From: an uncultured Gammaproteobacteria bacterium
GTDB taxonomy: Bacteria > Patescibacteriota > Patescibacteriia > 2-12-FULL-60-25
Length of the DNA stretch: 64,000 bases
Direction of reading: 5' to 3'
Assembly: GCA_964457295.1 (NCBI GenBank)
Contig: CAYWEE010000001.1
Location: forward strand, 14,298 to 78,297
The notes below the pieces were generated by a model. It had not been told where the DNA came from, did not search any database, and saw only the letters and a program-made list of their open reading frames with translations. This document shows, piece by piece, positions 43,174 to 53,347 of the stretch. The translations under genes and the position numbers were made by a program. The first letter of the stretch is position 1, and each line of letters opens with the position of its first letter.

Positions 43174-43282
43174 ATATGTCTCCCGCCAGGGCACATGTCC
43201 CTTCCCGGTCTGCGGATTCCCTTTAGGTGGATGGTCAGCGTCCTATCCCGTCCAGAGACATGTGCCCTGGCGGGAGACATAT
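43174..43282. repeat. Hairpin element with a conserved 56-nt core, copy 1 (candidate structured RNA or terminator-attenuator)
   Basis: Perfect 26-bp inverted repeat 43174-43199 / 43257-43282. The block 43201-43265 is identical to 58226-58290. Confidence 0.85.
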
Positions 43283-43320
43283 CTTTTTTTATGTTTAAAA
43301 GTGCGAAGTACCTTTCATCG

Positions 43321-43329
43321 TGCTATACT
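43321..43329 (+). promoter_or_regulatory. Candidate extended -10 promoter TGCTATACT for the major pilin gene
   Basis: TGnTATACT lies 36 nt upstream of the ATG at 43365. Confidence 0.4.
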
Positions 43330-43364
43330 CCACTTATTCATTTCATCCATCTTTATATCTTGCT

Positions 43365-43862
43365 ATGCAGAAAACTAAAGGGTTTACCCTTATCGAACTA
43401 TTGGTTGTGGTCGGGATTATTGGTCTGTTGGCGACACTTGCTGTGGTGGCGTTTGGAAGTGCTCGAGTGAAGGCGCGGGATGCCAAGCGTGTGGCTGATG
43501 TTCGTTCGGTGGTTTCTGGTCTTGCCGGAGCCGCACAGGATAGTTTGTATCTTTGTCAAAAGGGATGTGGTGCGCCACTTGCGGCAGGGGATTTGGTGAG
43601 CGCTTCGGATATTTGTAACGTGAATTGTAATGGTTCTAGTGCTAATTCTGTGTCTATTAACTATATCAATTTAGGTATTGTGCAGGATGCGGATCAGGCC
43701 AATTGGAGCACAGCATGTGATGGGTCTAACACCAAGTGTAATTATGCCTACGGTGCCGGCTCCACGATTGAGAGTTTTACGATTAACTTCTTTACCGAGC
43801 AGGCTGTACAGGGTATCGCAGCTGGGGCGCATACGGCGGCTCAAACAGGTATCGTTAAATAA
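43365..43862 (+). CDS. Type IV pilin (probable major pilin)
   Basis: Prepilin leader MQKTKG|FTLIELLVVVGIIGLLA, with a Cys-containing C-terminal domain. Confidence 0.9.
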   Translation: MQKTKGFTLIELLVVVGIIGLLATLAVVAFGSARVKARDAKRVADVRSVVSGLAGAAQDSLYLCQKGCGAPLAAGDLVSASDICNVNCNGSSANSVSINYINLGIVQDADQANWSTACDGSNTKCNYAYGAGSTIESFTINFFTEQAVQGIAAGAHTAAQTGIVK

Positions 43863-43871
43863 GAGAAAATA

Positions 43872-43947
43872 GTTCCTGAGCTTGTCGAAGGATGACCAAA
43901 ATCAAAGTATTGCGGCCCTTCGATTCCGCTCCGCTGCACTCAGGGAC
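43872..43947. repeat. Composite palindromic intergenic repeat, copy R4
   Basis: TTCCTGAGCTTGTCGAAGGA...GCCCTTCGATTCCGCTCCGCTGCACTCAGGGAC. Confidence 0.75.
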
Positions 43948-43972
43948 GAATATATTGATTACATATTCTCAC

Positions 43973-44452
43973 ATGACAGCTCTAAAGTTTTCTCGCATAT
44001 CACGTCCTGGTTTTACCATCCTCGAGCTGTTGATCGTGGTGGTTTTGGTTGGGATTCTTGCGGCCGCTGCGGTCTATTATCTGAATCTCACTCGTGCGAG
44101 CAATCGGGATGCTAAACGGGTATCTGATGTGAGTGTTATTCGGGCTGGGCTTACGCAATATTGGCTGCAAAAAGCCAACTATCCAACTAGTGATCCGGTT
44201 GATCTTGGTCGCCCTCAGGCCGGTGCGGATCATCTGACGATGGATGGATTCGTCGCAGCTGATCGTCCCGTGAATACCATGATTATCGAAAAGATTCCTA
44301 CCGGTCCTAAGCCACAAGAGTATTATCAGTATCACGGATCAGCCAAGGGATATTCATTGCGTTTTGTAACCGAGCGCCCCACGATTTACGGTCCACCTGG
44401 TACTTGGTATGCCCATGCGGACGGAGTTGATCAAGAAGACATGGAGCGTTAG
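43973..44452 (+). CDS. Type IV pilin-like protein
   Basis: RPG|FTILELLIVVVLVGILAA. ATG at 43973 (the tracked upstream extension translates repeat R4). Confidence 0.85.
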   Translation: MTALKFSRISRPGFTILELLIVVVLVGILAAAAVYYLNLTRASNRDAKRVSDVSVIRAGLTQYWLQKANYPTSDPVDLGRPQAGADHLTMDGFVAADRPVNTMIIEKIPTGPKPQEYYQYHGSAKGYSLRFVTERPTIYGPPGTWYAHADGVDQEDMER

Positions 44453-44472
44453 GCGCGATATTCTCTTTTTTC

Positions 44473-45252
44473 ATGTTTCCCCAGTTTTTCAGCCTCGCCT
44501 TTGCCGCGCTTATCGGGGCCGCGCTGGGTTCGTTTGCGAACGTTGTTATTATTCGGTTTCATGAGGAGGTGTCGTTGTGGGGTCGCTCCGCCTGTCCGAC
44601 GTGCAAGAAGCTGCTGCGTCCGCGGCACCTGATTCCCATCGTATCCTGGTTGATGCTGCGTGGTCGTTGTGCGGATTGTAAGGCAGCGATTCATATTCAG
44701 TATCCATTGGTTGAAGGCGCTGCAGTTATGTTGGCTGTGGTGACTGCCCTGCGCCATGATCCGTTTGCTTCGCCATTTTTGTTTTTTGGGGAGTTGATAT
44801 TGATTCTTGGTTTTTTAGTTCCGGTGGTGATGGATATTCGTTGGAAGGAGTTGCCGATTGAATATCTGGTTATCTTAGGCATCTTTGGTTCGGTGATGCG
44901 CGTGTTTGGAACTACGGAAGTTATGGCGTTTGCACAGATTATGTTTGATGTTTTGTTGCCGGTCGTCGTCGCTTCAGCGTTTTTTGGTTTACAGGTTTTT
45001 GTATCCAAGGGTCGTTGGATGGGGAGTGGTGATATTTGGTTTGGTGGCATGATGGGTGCGATTCTTGGTTGGCCGGGGGTCTTGGTCGGCGTGTATCTCG
45101 CCTATGTGATCGGTGGAATGGTGGCGCTTTTTGGTTTGGCGTTTAAAATCTATAAACGAGGGGATCGCCTGCCATTTGCTCCGGCGCTCGCCCTCGGTAC
45201 ACTGATTGCCTATTGGTATGGCCCACAGCTGCTCTCTCTTTTTTCGTTGTAA
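44473..45252 (+). CDS. pilD: Prepilin peptidase PilD (A24 family)
   Basis: N-terminal CPTC...CADC zinc motif. Multi-TM with GSGD and conserved Asp residues. Confidence 0.9.
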   Translation: MFPQFFSLAFAALIGAALGSFANVVIIRFHEEVSLWGRSACPTCKKLLRPRHLIPIVSWLMLRGRCADCKAAIHIQYPLVEGAAVMLAVVTALRHDPFASPFLFFGELILILGFLVPVVMDIRWKELPIEYLVILGIFGSVMRVFGTTEVMAFAQIMFDVLLPVVVASAFFGLQVFVSKGRWMGSGDIWFGGMMGAILGWPGVLVGVYLAYVIGGMVALFGLAFKIYKRGDRLPFAPALALGTLIAYWYGPQLLSLFSL

Positions 45253-45265
45253 GACGTTCGTGTCC

Positions 45266-45910
45266 ATGCGGATGGGTGGTCGTCGTTTAGGATTCACGCT
45301 GCCCGAACTGATGATTAGCGTATTGATTGTTGGCTTGATTGCTACCGCCGCTTCGGTTGATTTACGCGCTTCGCAATATCATGATGAATTGCGTACGGCT
45401 ACGCGCGTTTTGGCGGCAGATCTTCGTTCCCTTCAGTCTCAGGCACTAACCGGTCGAAATGTGGCCGTGTGCAATGATGCGGGTGGTGTATCGGTGATCT
45501 GTGAAGCGAATACGGCGTTGTGCGCTGCTGGTTCGGCCTGCGCTATGGCCCCACCCGGAGCCCTTGGATTGACGTTGAATGTCGGTTCTTCGACGTATCT
45601 CTTGTTTGCCGATGTTGATGCCGCAAAGAGTGGGGGAACACTGAGCGATGTAACAGAGATTTTGGAGACGCATAATTTTGCGTTACTGGGTTCTCCGCGT
45701 GTAGTAATTCACGCATTACGAATCCCGGCCAGCGTTGGGAGTGCGACGGTGGCTTTTTCTCGCCAAAACGGCGTCACCGGTATTAATGGTTGTTTTGCCC
45801 CCGCCTGCAGTTCACCGTCTGTTGTTCGTATTGAATTGCAACATAGCAAGACGGGTGATATCAGCACGATCGAGGTAGATGCGGTTACGGGAAGAGTCTC
45901 CGCTCCATGA
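45266..45910 (+). CDS. Minor pilin / pseudopilin
   Basis: RRLG|FTLPELMISVLIVGLIA N-terminus. Confidence 0.75.
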   Translation: MRMGGRRLGFTLPELMISVLIVGLIATAASVDLRASQYHDELRTATRVLAADLRSLQSQALTGRNVAVCNDAGGVSVICEANTALCAAGSACAMAPPGALGLTLNVGSSTYLLFADVDAAKSGGTLSDVTEILETHNFALLGSPRVVIHALRIPASVGSATVAFSRQNGVTGINGCFAPACSSPSVVRIELQHSKTGDISTIEVDAVTGRVSAP

Positions 45911-45916
45911 CGTGAT

Positions 45917-46540
45917 ATGATGCGAAGGATGATAAAAAGCGGTCAGACTCTCATTGAGCTTTTGGTGGCGATGACTGTGATTTCGGTCGGTCTTTTGGCG
46001 ACGATTACCTTGGTGTACGGCAATCGCATGTTGGTGGAGCGGGATACAGATGAGGTGGTAGCCTTGAACATTGCTCGTGAGGGGATCGAATTAGCCAAGA
46101 ATCTACGTGATAGCAATTGGTTAGCTAATCTTCCTTTTACGACCGGTTTTGTCGGCCCCAATGGTGCGCCTGCAGCCGACTATACCGCTGTTCCAGTTTG
46201 GGATGGACTTGCGAGCGTTCCTTCGTTTGATTTTACCCCAGATGCATTTACGCATCCGGCGACGATCGTGCTTCGATCAACAAATCCCGCGACGTTGGGA
46301 TTTTTTGCGAACAGCAGTACGCTTGCTGCGGTTACGGGATCGACGACACCGTTTCGTCGCTTGTTAACGTTTCATCCGCTCTGCGCGGGATTGCCGGATG
46401 CGCCGCTTGCGAGTGGTGCGGCGTGCAGCGATACAGGTCTCGAAACGGTGGGGATACGCGTGGAGTCGCGGGTAGAGTGGAACCGTGCCGGAAAAGCGTT
46501 TAACGTGACGTTGTATAGCGATCTCTATGACTGGCGTTAA
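45917..46540 (+). CDS. Minor pilin / pseudopilin
   Basis: SGQTLIELLVAMTVISVGLLA N-terminus. Confidence 0.75.
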   Translation: MMRRMIKSGQTLIELLVAMTVISVGLLATITLVYGNRMLVERDTDEVVALNIAREGIELAKNLRDSNWLANLPFTTGFVGPNGAPAADYTAVPVWDGLASVPSFDFTPDAFTHPATIVLRSTNPATLGFFANSSTLAAVTGSTTPFRRLLTFHPLCAGLPDAPLASGAACSDTGLETVGIRVESRVEWNRAGKAFNVTLYSDLYDWR

Positions 46541-46601
46541 ACGACCTTTAAAAAAGGCGATTTGTGCATCTCATCCTTTTGCAAAGGTCGTAAGAGGTAA
46601 G

Positions 46602-47177
46602 ATGCATTCCGGTTTTTCTCTTCTTGAGATGTTGATTGTGATTGCGTTATTTTCGACGCTAACGGTGATTGTCTCGCAAACGTTTATTTCTTTTTCTACG
46701 CTTCATCGTCGTACGGCGAATGCAGCTGTGGTGGGCGCGGAGATGCGTTTTGTTATGGAGTATATCGTTCGAGCTGCCCGGAATCGGGAGTTGAATTATG
46801 TGCTGGCTCCCTTAGATCCGCAGGATACGGTTTTGCATTTGCGTGATTCCACCGGTGCGACGCTGGATGTTGGCTTGCGTCCGGGTGGAACGGGCGGAGA
46901 TTGTGCAGATGCCACCGTGACTCAGTGCTTAGCGGTTTCGATTGACGGTGGAACGACGTGGCAGCCGCTTACGGGTAAGCGGGTTGAGGTAACGAGTTTT
47001 CGTGTGTATCCACGTCCGGCAGATTCGCCGTTCGCTTCGGTGAATGGAGTATACGCATCCAATGTTCAACCGTTTGTGACAGTGACGGTTGGGCTGCGCT
47101 ACATGAGCGAACGGGTAAAAGAGCAGGCAAGTTTGGAGGCGCAGACGACCGTAAGCTCCCGTATCTATGTCCGGTAA
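46602..47177 (+). CDS. Minor pilin / pseudopilin
   Basis: MHSG|FSLLEMLIVIALFSTL. SD AAGAGG precedes the ATG at 46602. Confidence 0.75.
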   Translation: MHSGFSLLEMLIVIALFSTLTVIVSQTFISFSTLHRRTANAAVVGAEMRFVMEYIVRAARNRELNYVLAPLDPQDTVLHLRDSTGATLDVGLRPGGTGGDCADATVTQCLAVSIDGGTTWQPLTGKRVEVTSFRVYPRPADSPFASVNGVYASNVQPFVTVTVGLRYMSERVKEQASLEAQTTVSSRIYVR

Positions 47178-47297
47178 CATTGTTTTATTTGGCGAGCTTC
47201 GGGCGCTTCGGTCAAAAATATCCTCAGCGTACTTACGGTACGCTTCCAGTATTTTTGCCCTCCAGCATCCCAAATCTCATCCAAATAAAACAATGTT
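47176..47297. repeat. ~122-bp imperfect palindrome, ERIC-like element, copy B
   Basis: Outer 17-bp stem AACATTGTTTTATTTGG / CCAAATAAAACAATGTT. Homologous to 9711-9823. Spans exactly from the upstream TAA to the downstream ATG. Confidence 0.85.
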
Positions 47298-48105
47298 GCG
47301 TTTTCATCGGGGTCCTGGGAATATCTTGCCTTTGGCCATTATCATGACCCTGACGATTCTGTTGGGTGGCATTGGAATTGGCGCAGTTGTTTTGAGTGGA
47401 TCAAAAGAATCAAAGCGCACGGATGCAAGCGTTGGCGCGTACTATATGGCGGATGCGGGCGTAGAGCGTCAATTGTATGAGATTCGAAAAAATAATCAGC
47501 CGATTTCGTTTATCAACAGTCTAGGCGGGGTGTATGCGAACGGTGGATCGTGGATTTCGACCGGAGGCCTTGAGCCGATTCTGGCTAAGACGATTGAAAC
47601 GGTTGCGACCAGTAGCGTTGGGGTGATTGATCTGTTTGATCCGGATAATTTATTGACTCCTCCGGGTATCTCCCGTGTCGTGATCGCATGGCAACCGGAT
47701 GCGAATTGTCCCACGACGCCTTCACTCGAGGCGAGTTATGCCTATTGGCAACTCGTGAATGGCGTTCCGGAGCTTCCGACGGATGATGCCTACGTGGTGT
47801 TACCAAAAGATACGCAGGGCAAGATTTCTATTGATGGTCTTGATCCGTCTTCTGCATATCGCATCCGTCTTCGCGCGTTTGAGTGTTCGGCGTATGCGAT
47901 CACGGCCGAAGCGGAGGGCTCGAATGGGGCGGTGTCGTTTCCGGGAGACGTGACGTTGGCGGCCGAAGGAACGTACAATAAAACCACGCAGAAAATCGTG
48001 GTTACGATGCCTAAATTGGATGTGCTATCCGGTGTGTTTGATTACGTTTTATTTTCCGAATGTACCCTCGTAAAAGGATCGGGGGCGCAAGTATGTCCTC
48101 CGTAG
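47293..48105 (+). CDS. PilX-like or minor-pilin-like protein with an N-terminal hydrophobic helix
   Basis: MLRFHRGPGNILPLAIIMTLTILLGGIGIGAVVL. The tracked 47167 start would translate repeat B. Confidence 0.65.
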   Translation: MLRFHRGPGNILPLAIIMTLTILLGGIGIGAVVLSGSKESKRTDASVGAYYMADAGVERQLYEIRKNNQPISFINSLGGVYANGGSWISTGGLEPILAKTIETVATSSVGVIDLFDPDNLLTPPGISRVVIAWQPDANCPTTPSLEASYAYWQLVNGVPELPTDDAYVVLPKDTQGKISIDGLDPSSAYRIRLRAFECSAYAITAEAEGSNGAVSFPGDVTLAAEGTYNKTTQKIVVTMPKLDVLSGVFDYVLFSECTLVKGSGAQVCPP

Positions 48106-48120
48106 CAGGTCAATGGAGTT

Positions 48121-49179
48121 TTACCACAAACTTTTCCATATAACATTTCCGTTTTTCGGGTTGAGTCCTAGAATCGTTCCGCCGATAAGAATGATGGCTT
48201 GATTGTTATGAAAGATAGCATGCGTGAGAGGTGGATTGGCGAGAGATGTGAGAGAGATGGCTCCTAGTTGGGCGGGGGTGGTTTGCCACAAGCGTTGCGC
48301 GTTTACGACACCGCTTAGTATCGCCTCGCGTTCATCGGTTCGGGTAAAACTTCGAATCAAAGTGATGTCTTGCGTGTGATCTTCGGCAAGAATAGCGCCG
48401 TGCAAGAATGTTTCTTGTGGTAAAACGGGGCGTTCTTGGGAATCTTGCAGTGTCGCGCGGGCATTATTCGTGAGGTGAAGTCGAGATGGGGTTTTTCGTG
48501 CACAGGGAGTGAATGTGTTCGATGAGGTGCTGGATGGTGGTTGGAGTGTTTCGAGATCAAACAGATAGGTCCGTCCATCATCCGTAAAGACATTTACGTT
48601 GAATGAGTCTGGTTGTACGACGAGTCGATCTATTCCGGCGCCAAGTTCCGGATGTTGCTTAAGGATCGTTTTTGCATTGACCATAAAGCGTGTTGCCCCA
48701 TGATGCATGTCGATGCCGTGCCAATTTTGTCGTTCGTTCATCCACAATGTGGTGCCTTTAATACCGAGAAGTGTAATGGGGTATCGAAACATCCGACGAA
48801 ATGTTCGTGTTTGATGTTCCAGATCAAATCCGTGCAGGCGAAATGTGTAACTCGGCTCGCCTTCGGGATCGGGAATGGTCAGTGTATCTGTTCCGATGAG
48901 TGTGGTTTGATCTACACAGATATCGTCAACTTCTTGAATGTAGCTTCCTCCCACCAGGGTGGGATTAATGAGTCCCATGTAAAACCAGGCGATTGCGACG
49001 GCAAAACTGGTCCCAGCGATACCGAGGTACCAGCAGATTTGCCTACATCGTTCGCTTTTGGTGAACATCATGATGGCCATCGGGATGATGCCCAGAGAAA
49101 ACAAAACGAGCATGCCCAGTGCGGGTGAACGGAGGAATAGCGAGGTGACGTAATCAACGGGCGTCCAAATGGGATTCAT
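48121..49179 (-). CDS. Hypothetical 2-TM membrane protein, paralog 1 (352 aa)
   Basis: Shares N-terminal (M.P.WTP.D...S.L) and C-terminal (IGGTI.G....GNV.W.SLW) regions with 49207..49989. Confidence 0.65.
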   Translation of the reverse strand: MNPIWTPVDYVTSLFLRSPALGMLVLFSLGIIPMAIMMFTKSERCRQICWYLGIAGTSFAVAIAWFYMGLINPTLVGGSYIQEVDDICVDQTTLIGTDTLTIPDPEGEPSYTFRLHGFDLEHQTRTFRRMFRYPITLLGIKGTTLWMNERQNWHGIDMHHGATRFMVNAKTILKQHPELGAGIDRLVVQPDSFNVNVFTDDGRTYLFDLETLQPPSSTSSNTFTPCARKTPSRLHLTNNARATLQDSQERPVLPQETFLHGAILAEDHTQDITLIRSFTRTDEREAILSGVVNAQRLWQTTPAQLGAISLTSLANPPLTHAIFHNNQAIILIGGTILGLNPKNGNVIWKSLW

Positions 49180-49206
49180 GTTCGTAGGGAGTCCGGTGTT
49201 ATCGTC

Positions 49207-49989
49207 TTACCACAGGCTTGTCCAGGCCACATTGCCTGTTGGTTGATCGATACCGACAATTGTTCCTCCAATAAAGAGAAGGGGTTGTGTGTTATGTGAT
49301 GCAGTGTGGGTCAAAGGCGGCTGTGGTCGTGAAAAGGTATGTATGGCGGCGGCGCGAGCATCCACAGGGACGCGCGTGTCATCGGATATGCGTTGACCCC
49401 CGCATGGATAGAGACGTGGAAGAGATGTGTGTGTAAAAGCATCTGCATCTTGCGGAAGATCCAATATAGACACTGGAGCACTGACTGTTTGTTGTGTTTT
49501 ACCGGTGTTGATATCGAGACCAAGGCGTCCTCGTTCCGTTTGAATCCAGACCGTCGTATCTTGAATACCTAGGAGCGCGATGGGGTCACGGAATATACGG
49601 CGAAACGTGCGCGTTTGAGAGGGGAGATTAAATCCATGGACGCGAAAGGTATAGCCGGTATTGCCATCGGTATCCGGGATGCGCATGGTGTCGATGGCGA
49701 TGGCTGTATTACCCACGACGCACAAATCATCGACTTTTTGTATGTAGCTCGCGCCGACGGCGATGGGGTTAATGAATCCCATGAAGACCCAAGAAAAACC
49801 AAAGGCGAGCGCAACACCGATACCGCATAGTCGCCATAGCAGTGTATGGATGTGTTGTTTTTGAGCATCGACAAAGCGCGCGATGATGGCCGGAAGGATG
49901 CCAATACCAAAGAGGATGATCATGCCCCAGCCGGGGGCGTTGAGGTAAAGCGAGGCAAGCTGATCAAAGGGGGTCCATAGGGGGCTCAT
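49207..49989 (-). CDS. Hypothetical 2-TM membrane protein, paralog 2 (260 aa, shorter middle region)
   Basis: Starts at Met MSPLWTPF. Alignable with paralog 1 over YTFR.HGF.L..QTRTFRR.FR.PI.LLGI. Confidence 0.6.
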   Translation of the reverse strand: MSPLWTPFDQLASLYLNAPGWGMIILFGIGILPAIIARFVDAQKQHIHTLLWRLCGIGVALAFGFSWVFMGFINPIAVGASYIQKVDDLCVVGNTAIAIDTMRIPDTDGNTGYTFRVHGFNLPSQTRTFRRIFRDPIALLGIQDTTVWIQTERGRLGLDINTGKTQQTVSAPVSILDLPQDADAFTHTSLPRLYPCGGQRISDDTRVPVDARAAAIHTFSRPQPPLTHTASHNTQPLLFIGGTIVGIDQPTGNVAWTSLW

Positions 49990-50023
49990 GTGGGGCATCA
50001 TAGCAACGGGAGGCCGCCTTTGA

Positions 50024-52174
<2,151 letters not shown>

Positions 52175-52178
52175 AAAT

Positions 52179-52871
52179 ATGAAAACGTTTTTGATTACCG
52201 GCGTTGGTAAGGGGATTGGTCATGCGCTGGCGGCAGCATGTCTCGGACAGGGCTATCGCGTGATCGGAACAGTCTACGCGAGTTCTTCGCCATTCACGCA
52301 TTCGTTGTTTGCGCCGATTCAACTGGATTTGGCTTCGTCATCGAGCATTGAGCAGTGTGTTAAAGATGTACAGACATGCGGTGAATCTATCGATGTTTTG
52401 ATCAATAACGCAGGCGTGTTGCTCGATGAAGATGAAACGCGAGTGAAGGTAGAGAAGCTGCGGCGCACGTTAGAGGTAAATGTGATCGGAACGATCGATC
52501 TAACAGAGCGCCTTGTGCCACTCATGCGAGACGGTGGACACATCGTCAATATTTCATCGACGGCGGGATCATTGGGTCTTGTGACGCGTGCGGGCGCGAG
52601 TCATCGTCCACATCACTATCCAAGCTATAAGATTTCTAAGGCTGCTCTCAATGTGTATACGCGAACACTGGCGGAAGAGCTCCGAGACCGTCAGATCACC
52701 GTTTCGTCGATTCATCCCGGCTGGGTCAAAACAGATATGGGCGGCCCACAGGGCGAACGAACCCCCGAACAGGCCGCCGAGGCGTTGCTTGCGTTCGCAT
52801 TATCTCATCCCTCCACGGGTCAGTTTTGGTTTGCTGGAAAACGGTTTTTTGGGAAGCGGGTTCCGTGGTAG
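52179..52871 (+). CDS. Short-chain dehydrogenase/reductase
   Basis: TGVGKGIGHALA, NNAG and YKISKAALN motifs. Confidence 0.85.
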   Translation: MKTFLITGVGKGIGHALAAACLGQGYRVIGTVYASSSPFTHSLFAPIQLDLASSSSIEQCVKDVQTCGESIDVLINNAGVLLDEDETRVKVEKLRRTLEVNVIGTIDLTERLVPLMRDGGHIVNISSTAGSLGLVTRAGASHRPHHYPSYKISKAALNVYTRTLAEELRDRQITVSSIHPGWVKTDMGGPQGERTPEQAAEALLAFALSHPSTGQFWFAGKRFFGKRVPW

Positions 52872-52906
52872 GTTGGGAGTTAGGGTGCATATAATCACTA
52901 GCCGGC

Positions 52907-52935
52907 TTGACGGGGACCGTTTTTTTGAGTACGAT
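52907..52935 (+). promoter_or_regulatory. Candidate promoter TTGACG-N17-TACGAT
   Basis: Hexamers at 52907-52912 and 52930-52935, upstream of orphan ORF 53051. Confidence 0.35.
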
Positions 52936-53050
52936 CGCGAGCCAAGTTGACCCGTTAATAAAACAGGTCGTTGGTTCTTAGGTACTTGCTTATATACGAC
53001 GAATAGGCGCGGATTGTGGTGCATTTCAGCATCGTAGATGGAGGGCAGAA

Positions 53051-53347
53051 ATGAAAAAGGGCACGCCGGGCATTCATCAGGCTGGTTGGTCGAAGGACGT
53101 GCGATGTGAGTTGACCGAGCTCACGGTAGGGGATGGTGGACCGTTCTGTTACGGGACTTTTACGGTCGAGCTCTCAGATCTCTTCTGCATTCCACCGCGT
53201 GGTGCGGCGAGGGGGATAGGGGCGGACATCTGCTGTTACTGCCCACACTGCGACCGCGAACTGAAGATCATCTGTGGTGCGGTCGTCTCTACCGATCCTC
53301 CCATTCCATCCCGGCAGAATTTCTTGGAAAAGCAAGAGTCCGAATAG
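53051..53347 (+). CDS. Orphan Cys-rich hypothetical protein, 98 aa, GC3-rich
   Basis: SD GGAGGG lies 6 nt upstream of the ATG. Eight Cys, including CCYCPHC. No family recognised. Confidence 0.45.
   Translation: MKKGTPGIHQAGWSKDVRCELTELTVGDGGPFCYGTFTVELSDLFCIPPRGAARGIGADICCYCPHCDRELKIICGAVVSTDPPIPSRQNFLEKQESE

Noticed and set aside
43200-43256. I tried to assign the conserved core to a known ribozyme or riboswitch (hammerhead, twister, HDV-like, TPP, ykkC/guanidine, c-di-GMP).
   Set aside because: None of the remembered consensus cores (CUGAUGA...GAAA, CUGAGA...ACCUGAUCUGGAUAAUGCCAGCG, GGUCCGAGAG, and so on) is present on either strand. The identity stays unknown, and I do not claim one.
43168-43470. 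The tracked 100-aa ORF, and its look-alike 58136..58438, share the peptide PGLRIPFRWMVSVLSRPETCA.
   Set aside because: The shared peptide is only the translation of the conserved hairpin core. Upstream and downstream parts are unrelated, the starts are TTG, there is no SD, and ORF 43168 runs through the pilin promoter and into the pilin gene in another frame.
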